Shown: positions 17,314 through 27,049 of the stretch, in pieces
How positions within the stretch are numbered: the stretch's first letter is position 1
How the letters are laid out: each line of letters begins with the position of its first letter
Assembly: GCA_020060565.1 (NCBI GenBank)
Contig: JAGVAE010000002.1
Span: 307,270 to 371,269 of the forward strand
Length of the DNA: 64,000 nucleotides
From: Candidatus Woesebacteria bacterium
Lineage (GTDB): Bacteria; Patescibacteriota; Microgenomatia; UBA8517
Direction: 5' to 3'
Position numbers and translations under genes: made by a program
Notes under the pieces: generated by a model
What the model was told of the DNA's origin: nothing
The model's input: the letters and a program-made list of their open reading frames with translations, nothing else
Database searches by the model: none

Positions 17314-18209
17314 TGAAAAAAGTATTGGCAATTGGCGGCAGTGGAATGGTTGGTTCAAGGTTTTGTGAACTAGCTTCTTCTAAGTTTGATATAGTTTCCA
17401 TCGATGAGAAAACATTGGACATTACAGACAGAAATGCAGTTGAAAAATACTTTGGAGAAAATAAATTTGATTCAGTTGTAAATTTCTCAGCATATACTAA
17501 TGTCAGTGAGGGTGAAAACGATAGAGGAAACGAAGAAGGTTTAGCTTGGAAATTAAACGTCTTGGCCCCAGGTTATTTAGCTGAAGCTTGTTTAAAAAAT
17601 AATATTTTCCTAGTGCATATCTCTACAGATATGGTGTTCTCTGGAGGCAAAAGTGATCCAGGACCGTACTCTGAAGATCATCTAATTCCAGAAGACAGTT
17701 CTGTTGTGACCTGGTATGGATATACAAAAGGGTTAGGGGAAAAAGCTGTGAAAAATATTCTTGGAGAAAAAGCCTGTATTCTTAGATTGATTTATCCATT
17801 CAGGTCACATTTTGAAGGAAAACTTGATTACCTGAGGAAACCCATCCAATTGTACAAAGAAGATAAATTGTACCCTCTGTTTACTGATCAAAAACTTACC
17901 ACAATATTTGTAGATGATGCTTGTAGAATTTTAGAAAGAATTCTTGAGAAAGGTCAAACGGGGATTTTACATGCGAGCTGTACTGACCTAGCTTCTCCTT
18001 ACGATCATGTTTTATATGTCTTAGAAAAAATCGAAGGAAAAGGTATTGAATTAAAGACTGGATTAATAGAGGAGTTTTTAAAAACAGCATCGTCTGTTGT
18101 ACGCTATCCACAATTTGGAGGTTTGAAAACAGAAAGGACACAAGAGGTGTTGGGAATGAAGTTCAGGACTTGGCGACAGATGGTTGATTCTTTTGTCTCC
18201 AATCTCTAA
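17310..18209 (+). CDS. rfbD: dTDP-4-dehydrorhamnose reductase-like (RmlD).
   Basis: 'MMKKVLAIGGSGMVGSRF' Rossmann motif, about 299 aa, and 'VHISTDMVFSG' typical of RmlD. Confidence 0.6.
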   Translation: MMKKVLAIGGSGMVGSRFCELASSKFDIVSIDEKTLDITDRNAVEKYFGENKFDSVVNFSAYTNVSEGENDRGNEEGLAWKLNVLAPGYLAEACLKNNIFLVHISTDMVFSGGKSDPGPYSEDHLIPEDSSVVTWYGYTKGLGEKAVKNILGEKACILRLIYPFRSHFEGKLDYLRKPIQLYKEDKLYPLFTDQKLTTIFVDDACRILERILEKGQTGILHASCTDLASPYDHVLYVLEKIEGKGIELKTGLIEEFLKTASSVVRYPQFGGLKTERTQEVLGMKFRTWRQMVDSFVSNL

Positions 18210-18813
18210 TCTCTTTGTGATTTCCACCTAAAAGTACACTTGGAACTTTATGCCCTTTGTAATTTTCGGGTCTGGTGTATTGAGGATACTCTAGGTATCC
18301 AGGTTCCTTGTGGGATTCCACTGCCGAGGACTCATCTTTTCCCAAAACTCCTGGAATAAGGCGTATTACCGAGTCAACCAGTACCATTGCAGGAATTTCT
18401 CCTCCCGTAAGAACATAATCTCCAATAGAAATAATCTCATCAACTAGGTTTTCATGAACTCGATGATCAACACCTTCATAATGTCCTGCAATTAAAATTA
18501 GATGGTTATACTTTGAAAGCTCAACCGCTTTTTGCTGTACAAATCTTTTTCCTGTAGCGTCAAGGAGGATTACCCTTGACGATTTAGTTCGTAGGTCTTT
18601 TAAGGCATTATCAACAATATCAACACGAAGTAGCATCCCAGGACCTCCTCCATACGGTTTATCATCAACACTGCGGCGTTCTCCTTCCCCCCATTTCCTT
18701 AAATCATGCACTCTAACTTTAATGAGATCCCTGCTCTCGGCACGCTTAATAATGGAAGCATCAAAGGGTCCATCAAACATGTCTGGGAAGAGAGTGATTA
18801 TGTCAATTTCCAT
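18163..18813 (-). CDS. trmD: tRNA (guanine37-N1)-methyltransferase.
   Basis: 'IDIITLFPDMFDGPFDASIIKRA' and 'GHYEGVDHRVHE' (SPOUT knot). Length 216 aa. Confidence 0.9.
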   Translation of the reverse strand: MEIDIITLFPDMFDGPFDASIIKRAESRDLIKVRVHDLRKWGEGERRSVDDKPYGGGPGMLLRVDIVDNALKDLRTKSSRVILLDATGKRFVQQKAVELSKYNHLILIAGHYEGVDHRVHENLVDEIISIGDYVLTGGEIPAMVLVDSVIRLIPGVLGKDESSAVESHKEPGYLEYPQYTRPENYKGHKVPSVLLGGNHKEIRDWRQKNQPSVAKS

Positions 18814-18834
18814 ATGTGTATTGTATCATTAAGT

Positions 18835-19992
18835 ATGGACAAAATAGTCATTGTTATGCCTGCTTATAATGAGGCAGAAAATATTAAGCTCATGATTACC
18901 GAGCTTTTTAATGAGGTTTTTCCCAAGGTTGAGAACGTCGAAATGCACCTATTGGTGGTTGATGATTATTCTCCAGACGGAACTGGGGATATAGTTAAAA
19001 GCTTTCAGGATAAATACAAGAATTTGCATATGCTCCAAAAGCAAAAAGAAGGATTGGGTTGGGCATACATCAGGGGTTTCCAGTATGCAATTGATAAATT
19101 AAATGCAGATGCAGTGATGGAAATGGATGCCGATTTTCAACACCCTCCGCGCTTCGTGAAACCAATGGTTGAAGCCTATTTGAATGGTGCCGATTATTGT
19201 ATAGGAAGTAGATATATAAAAGGAGGATCTGTTCCAAGGCAGTGGGCACTATCCAGGAAAGCCATCAGTTATTTTGGAAATTTGTTTATTAGGCTTGTTC
19301 TTCTTAAGCCTTCCATTCATGATTTAACAACAGGATTTAGGTTGGCTAGAGTTAAGGGGATTTTAGATAAGATTGATTTAAATAATTTAATGGAGCCTAC
19401 AAGGTTTGCCTACAAAGTAGATTTACTTTATCAGTGTATTAAAAACTCTAAAAAAACAGTTGAGGTTCCATTGGAGTTTGCTGCAAGAACAAAAGAAGTT
19501 TCAAAGTTTAATCCCAAAGAAATGACCTCAACTTTCAAGGTTGCAATTATTCTGGGGATTAAAGATAAGATTAGATTTATTAAATTTGGTGTTGTTGGCT
19601 TTGTTGGTTTTGCAGTTAATTATTTGGGATTGGAGCTTTTAAAACGCTTGGGACTTTCTACTTATTTTGCAACACTTTTTGCAACTGAGGCCGCAATCGT
19701 TTCAAATTTTATACTAAACAATATTTGGACATTTAAAGACAAAATAATAACTTCTTTTAAAGATTTAATAGTTCAGTTTTTGAAGTTTAATTTTTCATCT
19801 CTTTTTGCTGTAATTGTACAGCCATTAATTGTTGCAGGTGTAGCTAAACTATTTGGAGATACATCACTGATTCGTTTTGGGGCTCTCATATTTGCCTTAA
19901 TTTTTGTTATCGTTCCCTATAACTACGTTGTTTACAATCTTTTTATCTGGCGAACTTGGAAAATCCCCAAATTTTTCAAGAGAGATAGATAA
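18835..19992 (+). CDS. GT2 polyprenyl-phosphate sugar synthase (DPM1/GtrB/CsbB-like) fused to a C-terminal GtrA-like flippase domain. Start at ATG 18835 rather than the track's 18706.
   Basis: 'IVIVMPAYNEAENI', 'VDDYSPDGT', and 'MDADFQHPP' (the DxD region). The C-terminal 'KFGVVGFVGFAVNYLGLELLKRLGLSTYFATLFATEAAIVSNFILNNIWTF' matches the GtrA family. Confidence 0.8.
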   Translation: MDKIVIVMPAYNEAENIKLMITELFNEVFPKVENVEMHLLVVDDYSPDGTGDIVKSFQDKYKNLHMLQKQKEGLGWAYIRGFQYAIDKLNADAVMEMDADFQHPPRFVKPMVEAYLNGADYCIGSRYIKGGSVPRQWALSRKAISYFGNLFIRLVLLKPSIHDLTTGFRLARVKGILDKIDLNNLMEPTRFAYKVDLLYQCIKNSKKTVEVPLEFAARTKEVSKFNPKEMTSTFKVAIILGIKDKIRFIKFGVVGFVGFAVNYLGLELLKRLGLSTYFATLFATEAAIVSNFILNNIWTFKDKIITSFKDLIVQFLKFNFSSLFAVIVQPLIVAGVAKLFGDTSLIRFGALIFALIFVIVPYNYVVYNLFIWRTWKIPKFFKRDR

Positions 19993-20258
19993 GATCTTTG
20001 GCTTGCCAAAGTAGACTTATTTGGAAGACATGGAAGCTTCCATGGGGGAAGAAATAGGAATTTCCGTTGCTTCAAATATGGTTTTAGGAGTACTATTTAC
20101 AATATTTATAGGTTGTATAGGACGTTCCGATTTATAACCATTTTTGTTTGGATTTAGTCTTCTTTCTTTTTCTCTCCAATGTCTGGGAACTTCCATTGTA
20201 TATAGTTAGTCTGGATTCAGAAGAAAAACCCATGGTTCGACTTCGCTCACCACAAGCT

Positions 20259-21416
20259 TTAGAGGAATGGAGCCCAATTGGCTATGGGCATTACATTTTG
20301 GGAGATGAAGGCAAGGGAAAAAAGATAGATAGGGATTATGATTACACCTATCGCGATCTTAAACTCCTTTTTAACTAAGATGTCCGAGAAAGCCACATAA
20401 AGGAATGGAACAAGGGGGAGACAGTAGCGCATAAGGTCTCTATGGGAAATAAAAAGGGAAAGCACAAAAAATACCATTGAAAAAACCGCTATTTCATACT
20501 CTTTCTTTGCAAAAAGTCTGTAAACTCCGATTGCACCAATAAGATAAATAAATATAACTTCTTCCAGCCAGAACGTTCCTACCCATGGGGCTGAGTAATT
20601 AAATATCTGAAATGGAGGAAAAAAGAGGTGAATATTATCCCCCGAATTAAAATATGCCCAGAAATTACCTTGAGTAAAATAATAAAGCGTAAATACAATC
20701 AAAAGTCCTAAAGGAATTAAAAGGATGGGAAAAGTATGTCTAAGATTAAGATTTCTAATCCATTTAGAAGCTGAAACTATTTTTTCTTTTAGGATTGGAA
20801 TTAGTAGATACAGTGAGTACGAAATAAATAACAGAATTCCAGGGGATTTGGTCAATTGCGCAATCATCCCCCAAATTCCAGCAAGCCAATATTTCTTACT
20901 TCTAAAGTAATAAAGTGATGCGATAATGGAACCAACAAAAAGTGGATCAGCGGACCCAGTGGACCTTACTATCAGCCAACGGGCAGGAAAAACCGCAAAA
21001 AGAAAAGTTAAAAATAAAGCATCCCTTCTTCCTACGAATTTACCAATTAATCTATTGAAAAAATAAATTGCGATGATACTTGAGATAAGTGTGACTATTA
21101 ACATTGCGTAGGGGTAATTGGTGATTATGCCAAAAAGTCTAATAAGAACTGGAAATAATGGAAAATGGGCTGTGTAATATTCTGTGGGAAGGGGAAATTG
21201 AAAGCTCGTTTCAATTAAACTTTTGTTGTACATTGTTTTTGCTGCAACCAGATAAAGTGGACCGTCGTAGTTTGAGACTATTGTGGCCAGTCCGTTTGTA
21301 GGAAGTGGAATACTCCAAAACACTGGAATTCTAAGGAAAAAAGGAAGCCAAATAAGAATAGTTGGGATAAGTGAGAAAACCCCTGCCCAAAAAAGTTTTT
21401 TAATTGTCGCTTTCAC
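20259..21416 (-). CDS. Polytopic membrane protein with about 11 transmembrane helices; possibly a GT-C/GT87-like glycosyltransferase.
   Basis: Multiple hydrophobic helices. It sits in the glycosylation island, divergent from the GT2 at 21463. I recognise no diagnostic motif. Confidence 0.35.
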   Translation of the reverse strand: MKATIKKLFWAGVFSLIPTILIWLPFFLRIPVFWSIPLPTNGLATIVSNYDGPLYLVAAKTMYNKSLIETSFQFPLPTEYYTAHFPLFPVLIRLFGIITNYPYAMLIVTLISSIIAIYFFNRLIGKFVGRRDALFLTFLFAVFPARWLIVRSTGSADPLFVGSIIASLYYFRSKKYWLAGIWGMIAQLTKSPGILLFISYSLYLLIPILKEKIVSASKWIRNLNLRHTFPILLIPLGLLIVFTLYYFTQGNFWAYFNSGDNIHLFFPPFQIFNYSAPWVGTFWLEEVIFIYLIGAIGVYRLFAKKEYEIAVFSMVFFVLSLFISHRDLMRYCLPLVPFLYVAFSDILVKKEFKIAIGVIIIPIYLFSLAFISQNVMPIANWAPFL

Positions 21417-21462
21417 ATCTGTATATTAACATGCGGGGGTTAAATTATGCTAGACTTTAGGC

Positions 21463-22173
21463 ATGGATACTAAAATACCTGAACTTTCTGTATTCTTACC
21501 TGCTTTCAATGAAGGAGAGACTATAAAAGAAGTTGTTGTCAAAACCAAAAATGTTCTTCAAAAAATAACAACTAGATGGGAAATAATCGTAGTCAATGAC
21601 GGTTCGGTTGATTTTACAAAAGAAATTATAACGGCACTACATAAAGAAGATTCAAGGATCAGACTTATTAATCATGAAGAAAATAGGGGTTATGGAGCTT
21701 CATTTAGATCTGGTCTTTATGGATCAAAACATGAATGGATTGCATTTACAGATTCTGATGGCCAATTTGATTTTAGTGAGATTACAAACTTCATTGCTAA
21801 ACAAAAAGAAACTAGGGCAGATATTGTAATTGGGTATTATAAGAAACGTAGAGTATCCAAATTTAAAATTATAACTAGCAAAATTTGGGAGTTTTCAATA
21901 ATAATTCTATTTGGTCTTAAGGTTCGTGATATTGATTGTGGTTTTAAACTAATTTCTAAGCGTGTTGTTCAAAAAATACCACAACTCGAAAGTGAACGGG
22001 GTGCATTTATTAGTAGTGAATTTTTAATTAAGGCAAAACGAGCGGGATTTAAAATTGTTGAGATCCCAGTGACCCATTATCCAAGATTAACTGGTACGGG
22101 GACTGGAAGAAGGTTGAATGTCATAATAAAAAGCTTTATTGATTTACTTAGATTATGGAAAAAATTATATTAA
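21463..22173 (+). CDS. GT2 glycosyltransferase (DPM1/GtrB-like).
   Basis: 'LSVFLPAFNEGETI', 'VVNDGSVDFT', 'TDSDGQFD'. Confidence 0.8.
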   Translation: MDTKIPELSVFLPAFNEGETIKEVVVKTKNVLQKITTRWEIIVVNDGSVDFTKEIITALHKEDSRIRLINHEENRGYGASFRSGLYGSKHEWIAFTDSDGQFDFSEITNFIAKQKETRADIVIGYYKKRRVSKFKIITSKIWEFSIIILFGLKVRDIDCGFKLISKRVVQKIPQLESERGAFISSEFLIKAKRAGFKIVEIPVTHYPRLTGTGTGRRLNVIIKSFIDLLRLWKKLY

Positions 22174-23729
22174 AAATGATTACACTTCGTAATAAAAAAT
22201 GGATTAAGAATATCACTACTGAATTTTGGATTCTTATTGCAATTCTTGTTGTTGGTGCAGTTCTTCGTCTTTATAACATTGAAGGATACATGACCTTTTT
22301 GGGAGATGAGGGGCGTGACGTAATTATCGTTAGAAGGCTTTTAACTGAAGTTCACCCTCCATTAATTGGGCCAGGGACATCAATTGGAAATATGTATTTG
22401 GGTCCGATGTACTATTACATGATGGCTCCAGCTCTTGCCTTGGCTGGGTTTTCTCCAATTGGACCTGCGGTTGAAATCGCGATACTTGGGATAATAACAA
22501 TCTGGCTTATCTGGTATGTGGGGAAGACTTGGTTTCCTTCGACAAGCTCAGGACCTTCGGTGGTGGGACTTATTGCTGCTGGTCTTTATGCAATTAGTCC
22601 AACTGTAATTATCTATTCTCGTTCTTCTTGGAATCCAAACATTATGCCATTCTTTGCACTTCTTTCTGTCTTTTCTATTTGGAAAGTATGGAAACAGAAG
22701 AAAATCGGTTGGTTATTGGTTTTAGGATTTTCTTTTGCTGCAGTTCTTCAATCCCATTACATAGGTCTTTTACTTCTTCCAACTATTGGAATTTATTGGT
22801 TATTAACGTGGTGGAAATTAAAAAATAAAAAAGAAGAAATAAAAAAGTTCATGCGCTATTCGCTATTCGCTATTTCGCTATTTACTATTCTTATGTCTCC
22901 TTTGTTCTTCTTTGATATTCGTCACAATTGGACAGTTTCAAAAGCAATCTATACATTTTTCACTGTTCGTCAAACTACAGTTTCTGTTAGACCATGGACG
23001 GCAATACCAAAAACTCCGGAAATACTTGAAACAATCAATACCAGCCTAATTGGAGGCAAGAATGAAATGGCGGGTCAATTAACCTCTATAGCAATGGTAG
23101 GAATGGTTGTATTTTTGGTATGGATATACTTCAGAAAAAAGAAAACCCCTTATCCATTCAGTAGTTTAGCCATTTTATTTTTATGGTTTGGATTTGGACT
23201 TGTTGGTTTTGGGATTTATAAACAAAATATTTATGATCACTACTTTGGGTTTCTATTTGTGGTGCCATATCTTTTAATGGGGGCACTTATTGCCTCCGTC
23301 CTAAAAGACGGAAAGCTTGGGAAAATCTTAGGAGGTGTGATATTAATTTATCTAGTTGGAGTTAACTTAGTACAAAATCCTTTAAGATTTCATCCAAACA
23401 ATCAACTACCAAGAGCTATCAATGTTGCTAAAATAATTGAAGTTGAGTCAAAAGGGGAACGTTTTAATTTGGCAGTAATTGCGGAAAGAAATTATGAAGA
23501 TGGATACAAATATTTTCTTCTAAAAGATAATCAACCCGTAGTTAGTATTGATGCTCAAATTGAAGACAGTATTACTGATCAGTTGTTTGTTGTTTGCGAG
23601 CTTGAAAAAACAAAATGTAATCCCACACATAATGCTAACGCTTCTGTGGCCAACTTTGGTTGGAGTAAAATAGATAGTAGTTGGGAAGTGGATGGGGTGA
23701 TAGTATACAAACTTGTTCACACAAAATAA
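22155..23729 (+). CDS. Polytopic membrane protein, 'DxGRD' family. Putative GT-C glycosyltransferase, paralogous to the gene at 24708..26234.
   Basis: Shares 'LRLYNIEGYMTFLGDEGRDVIIVRRL...IGPGTSIGNMYLGPMYYY' with the paralogue's 'LRVFRIDQILAFHYDQGRDALVIWDL...IGPTTGLAGVFRGPFYYY'. It has 11 or more transmembrane helices. Confidence 0.45.
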   Translation: MEKIILKMITLRNKKWIKNITTEFWILIAILVVGAVLRLYNIEGYMTFLGDEGRDVIIVRRLLTEVHPPLIGPGTSIGNMYLGPMYYYMMAPALALAGFSPIGPAVEIAILGIITIWLIWYVGKTWFPSTSSGPSVVGLIAAGLYAISPTVIIYSRSSWNPNIMPFFALLSVFSIWKVWKQKKIGWLLVLGFSFAAVLQSHYIGLLLLPTIGIYWLLTWWKLKNKKEEIKKFMRYSLFAISLFTILMSPLFFFDIRHNWTVSKAIYTFFTVRQTTVSVRPWTAIPKTPEILETINTSLIGGKNEMAGQLTSIAMVGMVVFLVWIYFRKKKTPYPFSSLAILFLWFGFGLVGFGIYKQNIYDHYFGFLFVVPYLLMGALIASVLKDGKLGKILGGVILIYLVGVNLVQNPLRFHPNNQLPRAINVAKIIEVESKGERFNLAVIAERNYEDGYKYFLLKDNQPVVSIDAQIEDSITDQLFVVCELEKTKCNPTHNANASVANFGWSKIDSSWEVDGVIVYKLVHTK

Positions 23730-23731
23730 TT

Positions 23732-24724
23732 ATGAATTACGAAGAATCACAAAAAATATTAGAAGAGATAAAAAAAGCAAATAAAATTTTAATCAATTGC
23801 CACAGAGGGCCAGATTCTGATTCAGTTGGAAGTGCTTTGGGACTCTCGAATATATTAGAAACAATGGGCAAAGAGATCGTTGTAATTTGCCCAAGTGAGA
23901 TACCAAACGATCTAAGATTTTTACCAGGCTCTCAAAAAATCAGAAGAATAGATTATGCAAACTTCAATTTTAAAGAGTATGATCTTTTTTTGGCAATTGA
24001 CTCTTCTAGTTTCTCAATGGTTACTGGTTCAAGAGAATCAAGACAGCCAGGAGGTATTGATATCATTGTAATAGATCACCATTTTTCGAATGAGGGTTTT
24101 GGAAAAATAAATTTAATCGATAGTAAAGCTACTTCTACAGGAGAACTGTTATTCAATGTTTTTGAAGATTGGAATGTTGTTATTGATGCGGATACTGCTA
24201 ATTGTTTGTTAACTGGTGTAATTGGAGACACGGGGTGTTTTATGTATCAAAATGTGGGTGAAGACACATTGAAGATTGCAGCAAAGCTTATTAGTTTAGG
24301 CGCAGACAAAGACAATATTGTATATAACATTTATCGCAATATTAATTTCTCAGAATTAAAAATTTGGGGAAAGATAATTGAAAATATGCAGATTGACAAG
24401 GAAAATCGTTTTGTTTGGTCGATAATCCCTATAGCGATTTACAAAGACTTTATTGGAATTGAAAACATCAAAGAAGACGCGGCCAACTTGTTTTTCCCGA
24501 TTGTTAAAGATACTGATTTTGGAATAATTATGGAGGAAAGAGAGAATGGGGAATTATCAGCAAGTTTTAGATCAAGATCTGGCTTTGATGTCTCAAAAAT
24601 CGCAAAAGAAGTTGGTGGAGGTGGACACAAAGCAGCTGCGGGAGCAAGAATAGAGGGATTGTGTTTTAGTGATGCAGTAGAAAAAGTTTTGGCAGCAGCC
24701 AGGAAGTATGCTAAAAAAAATTAA
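23732..24724 (+). CDS. nrnA: DHH/DHHA1 phosphoesterase (NrnA-like oligoribonuclease/pAp phosphatase). Start at ATG 23732.
   Basis: 'CHRGPDSDSVGSALGL', 'DHH' (VIDHHF), 'GGGH' (VGGGGHKAAAG). Confidence 0.75.
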   Translation: MNYEESQKILEEIKKANKILINCHRGPDSDSVGSALGLSNILETMGKEIVVICPSEIPNDLRFLPGSQKIRRIDYANFNFKEYDLFLAIDSSSFSMVTGSRESRQPGGIDIIVIDHHFSNEGFGKINLIDSKATSTGELLFNVFEDWNVVIDADTANCLLTGVIGDTGCFMYQNVGEDTLKIAAKLISLGADKDNIVYNIYRNINFSELKIWGKIIENMQIDKENRFVWSIIPIAIYKDFIGIENIKEDAANLFFPIVKDTDFGIIMEERENGELSASFRSRSGFDVSKIAKEVGGGGHKAAAGARIEGLCFSDAVEKVLAAARKYAKKN

Positions 24725-26234
24725 AAAGTTCTTAAGCCTCGAATCACTTTCGGTTTCTATCATCCTAATAATTTCTTTTATCCTACGTGTTTTCAGGATT
24801 GATCAGATTCTTGCATTTCATTATGACCAGGGAAGGGATGCACTGGTAATTTGGGATCTAATATATTCACATAAATTATTTTTAATAGGGCCCACAACTG
24901 GTCTTGCCGGGGTTTTTAGAGGACCGTTCTATTATTATTTAATTGCACCTTTTTATTGGTTGGGTAATGGGAATCCTGTTTATCCTGCAGTTTTCCTTGC
25001 GATTCTTTCGGTTGTTGCTTTGGGTTTAATGTATCTTCTTGCAAAAAAGATTGGTGGCAAAAGAACTGGTTTTATTGCACTGATTCTTGGAACTTTCTCT
25101 TTTGAAATAATATATGCAAGTCGTTGGTTGAGTAATCCCACCCCAATGCTTATTCTTTCAATGATAGTTGTATGGTGTCTATTTAAGATTTTAGATCAGA
25201 AAAAAAGACCTGCCCCACAGAGCCTTGGCGGCGTGGGGTGGGCATGGATAGTTCTTTCATTTGTTTTGGGTTTATCATTTTTCCATTTTGGTTCATCTGG
25301 AGAATTGTTTTACTTCCCAGCACTACTTATATTCGCAATAGTTTTTAAAAAGTTTCCAGATATTAAAACTTTTCTTATTTCAATTGGAGTTTTTCTTCTA
25401 ACCTTTTCACCTCTTTTTCTTTTTAATTTAAAACATGGAGGAATTTTGGGAAATAATATTGCAGGACTTTTGTTATCTGGTACTAGTTTTAATCTACCTT
25501 CTTGGCAATTTGTTATTGATAAATTAAAAGATATTGGAGTTTATTTTTCTTCGCTTGTATTTCACAGCCCGTCAGTCAGTGAGTTGACTCATATATTTGC
25601 CATTATTGCTGCGTCTTTGATTTTTCTTCCAAAACTTATTAAGAATGACAAAATAAAAGTAATCCTCATACTTTTAGGATCAGTAGCTTTTGGAGCCGTG
25701 TTTTTTCAAGGTAATAATGGCAATTTTTATCAGTATTACCTAACTGGATTTTATTTAATATTCCTACTTCTATTTGCAACAGTTTTAAATTCTTTATTTG
25801 AATCCTCTTTTGTGGGAAAAGTGTTAATGATTTACTTAATGCTTTTCTTTATGTTTCAAAATTGGACTTGGACCAAGCCCTATTTGATGGCAAAAGGTAG
25901 TGAACCGGATTTGATAGTTTTAACTAATCAAAAGCAAGCGATTGATTGGGTGTATAAAAATGTGGGTGAAAAGGAATTTAACGTAGATGTCTATGTTCCC
26001 CCTGTAATTTCATACTCATATGATTACCTGTTTAAATGGTTAGGAACTACAAAGTATCATAAACTCTCAGTGGACTCTCAAGTTCCTCTTCTATACACTT
26101 TATATGAGGTGGATCCTCCACATCCTGAAAGGCTTAAAGCCTGGATGGATAGACAAAGGGGAATAGGCAAAGTAATAAAGGAAGAAACTTTTGGAGGTAT
26201 AACAGTACAAGAGAGGGAAAGAATAATTAAATGA
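24708..26234 (+). CDS. Polytopic membrane protein of the 'DxGRD' family (paralogue of 22155..23729).
   Basis: See the paralogue at 22155..23729. 508 aa, multi-pass. Confidence 0.45.
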   Translation: MLKKIKKFLSLESLSVSIILIISFILRVFRIDQILAFHYDQGRDALVIWDLIYSHKLFLIGPTTGLAGVFRGPFYYYLIAPFYWLGNGNPVYPAVFLAILSVVALGLMYLLAKKIGGKRTGFIALILGTFSFEIIYASRWLSNPTPMLILSMIVVWCLFKILDQKKRPAPQSLGGVGWAWIVLSFVLGLSFFHFGSSGELFYFPALLIFAIVFKKFPDIKTFLISIGVFLLTFSPLFLFNLKHGGILGNNIAGLLLSGTSFNLPSWQFVIDKLKDIGVYFSSLVFHSPSVSELTHIFAIIAASLIFLPKLIKNDKIKVILILLGSVAFGAVFFQGNNGNFYQYYLTGFYLIFLLLFATVLNSLFESSFVGKVLMIYLMLFFMFQNWTWTKPYLMAKGSEPDLIVLTNQKQAIDWVYKNVGEKEFNVDVYVPPVISYSYDYLFKWLGTTKYHKLSVDSQVPLLYTLYEVDPPHPERLKAWMDRQRGIGKVIKEETFGGITVQERERIIK

Positions 26235-26977
26235 AACCATATTTAAGTGTTGTCATACCAGCATATAATGAAGAGTACAACTTAAGAACTGGGGTATTGG
26301 ACTCGGTATATGATTATCTTTCAGGGCAAAAACACACTTGGGAGATTATTTTTGTTGACGATGCTTCAACTGACAACACAGCCAAACTGGCGGAAAACTT
26401 TGCAAGTAAACATGAGAATTTTACTGTTCTTAAAGAACCCCATAGGGGAAAGGCAGGAACAGTAACGGCGGGTATATTAAAATCTAAAGGGGAGATAATC
26501 CTTTTTACAGATACTGACCAAGCGACTCCAATTGATCAAATAGAAAAAGTATTGCCAAAATTCAAGGCGGGGTATGATGTTGTAATTGGTTCTCGTAAAG
26601 GTCGTGAAGGAGCTCCTATTATAAGAAAAGTAATGGCCTATGGTTTTTCGTTACTGAGACTTTTGATTCTTAGACTTCCATATAAAGATACACAGTGTGG
26701 TTTTAAAGCTTTTTCAAATTCTGCTGCAGAAGAGATATTTAAAAGGCTTGAAATATTTAGTTCAAAAAACAAAAGCGTTGGAGCATCAGTAACAGCAGGA
26801 TTTGATTTGGAAATACTTTATGTTGCCAGAAAGTTGGGATATAAAGTGGCGGAAGTTCCAGTGGATTGGCACCACAAGGAAGGAACAAAAGTAAATCCGA
26901 TTAAAGATTCAATAGAAGGGCTTCGTGGTCTTTTTATGGTTCGCCTAAATTCACTTCAGGGAAAATATAAAGTTTGA
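26231..26977 (+). CDS. GT2 glycosyltransferase (DPM1/GtrB-like).
   Basis: 'LSVVIPAYNEEYNL', 'VDDASTDNT', 'TDTDQATP'. Confidence 0.8.
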   Translation: MKPYLSVVIPAYNEEYNLRTGVLDSVYDYLSGQKHTWEIIFVDDASTDNTAKLAENFASKHENFTVLKEPHRGKAGTVTAGILKSKGEIILFTDTDQATPIDQIEKVLPKFKAGYDVVIGSRKGREGAPIIRKVMAYGFSLLRLLILRLPYKDTQCGFKAFSNSAAEEIFKRLEIFSSKNKSVGASVTAGFDLEILYVARKLGYKVAEVPVDWHHKEGTKVNPIKDSIEGLRGLFMVRLNSLQGKYKV

Positions 26978-27049
26978 AAAGAAGGGAGAGATAAATAATG
27001 TTGTTTTAACTTCAGACAACTCGTGATACTTTTGTGTTAGAATTGGTGA

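Noticed and set aside
18706-18834. The ORF track's N-terminal extension of the GT2-GtrA gene (MHSNFNEIPALG...).
   Set aside because: It overlaps the trmD coding region on the opposite strand. The GT2 family N-terminus begins at MDKIVIVMPAYNE (ATG 18835).
20230-20252. A tRNA-like 3' end ('GGTTCGACTTCGCTCACCA', with a T-loop-like GGTTCGA and a terminal CCA) in the convergent intergenic region.
   Set aside because: No sequence complementary to a 7-bp acceptor stem lies 65-75 nt upstream, and the T-stem pairing is poor (two mismatches in 5 bp). It is not a tRNA.
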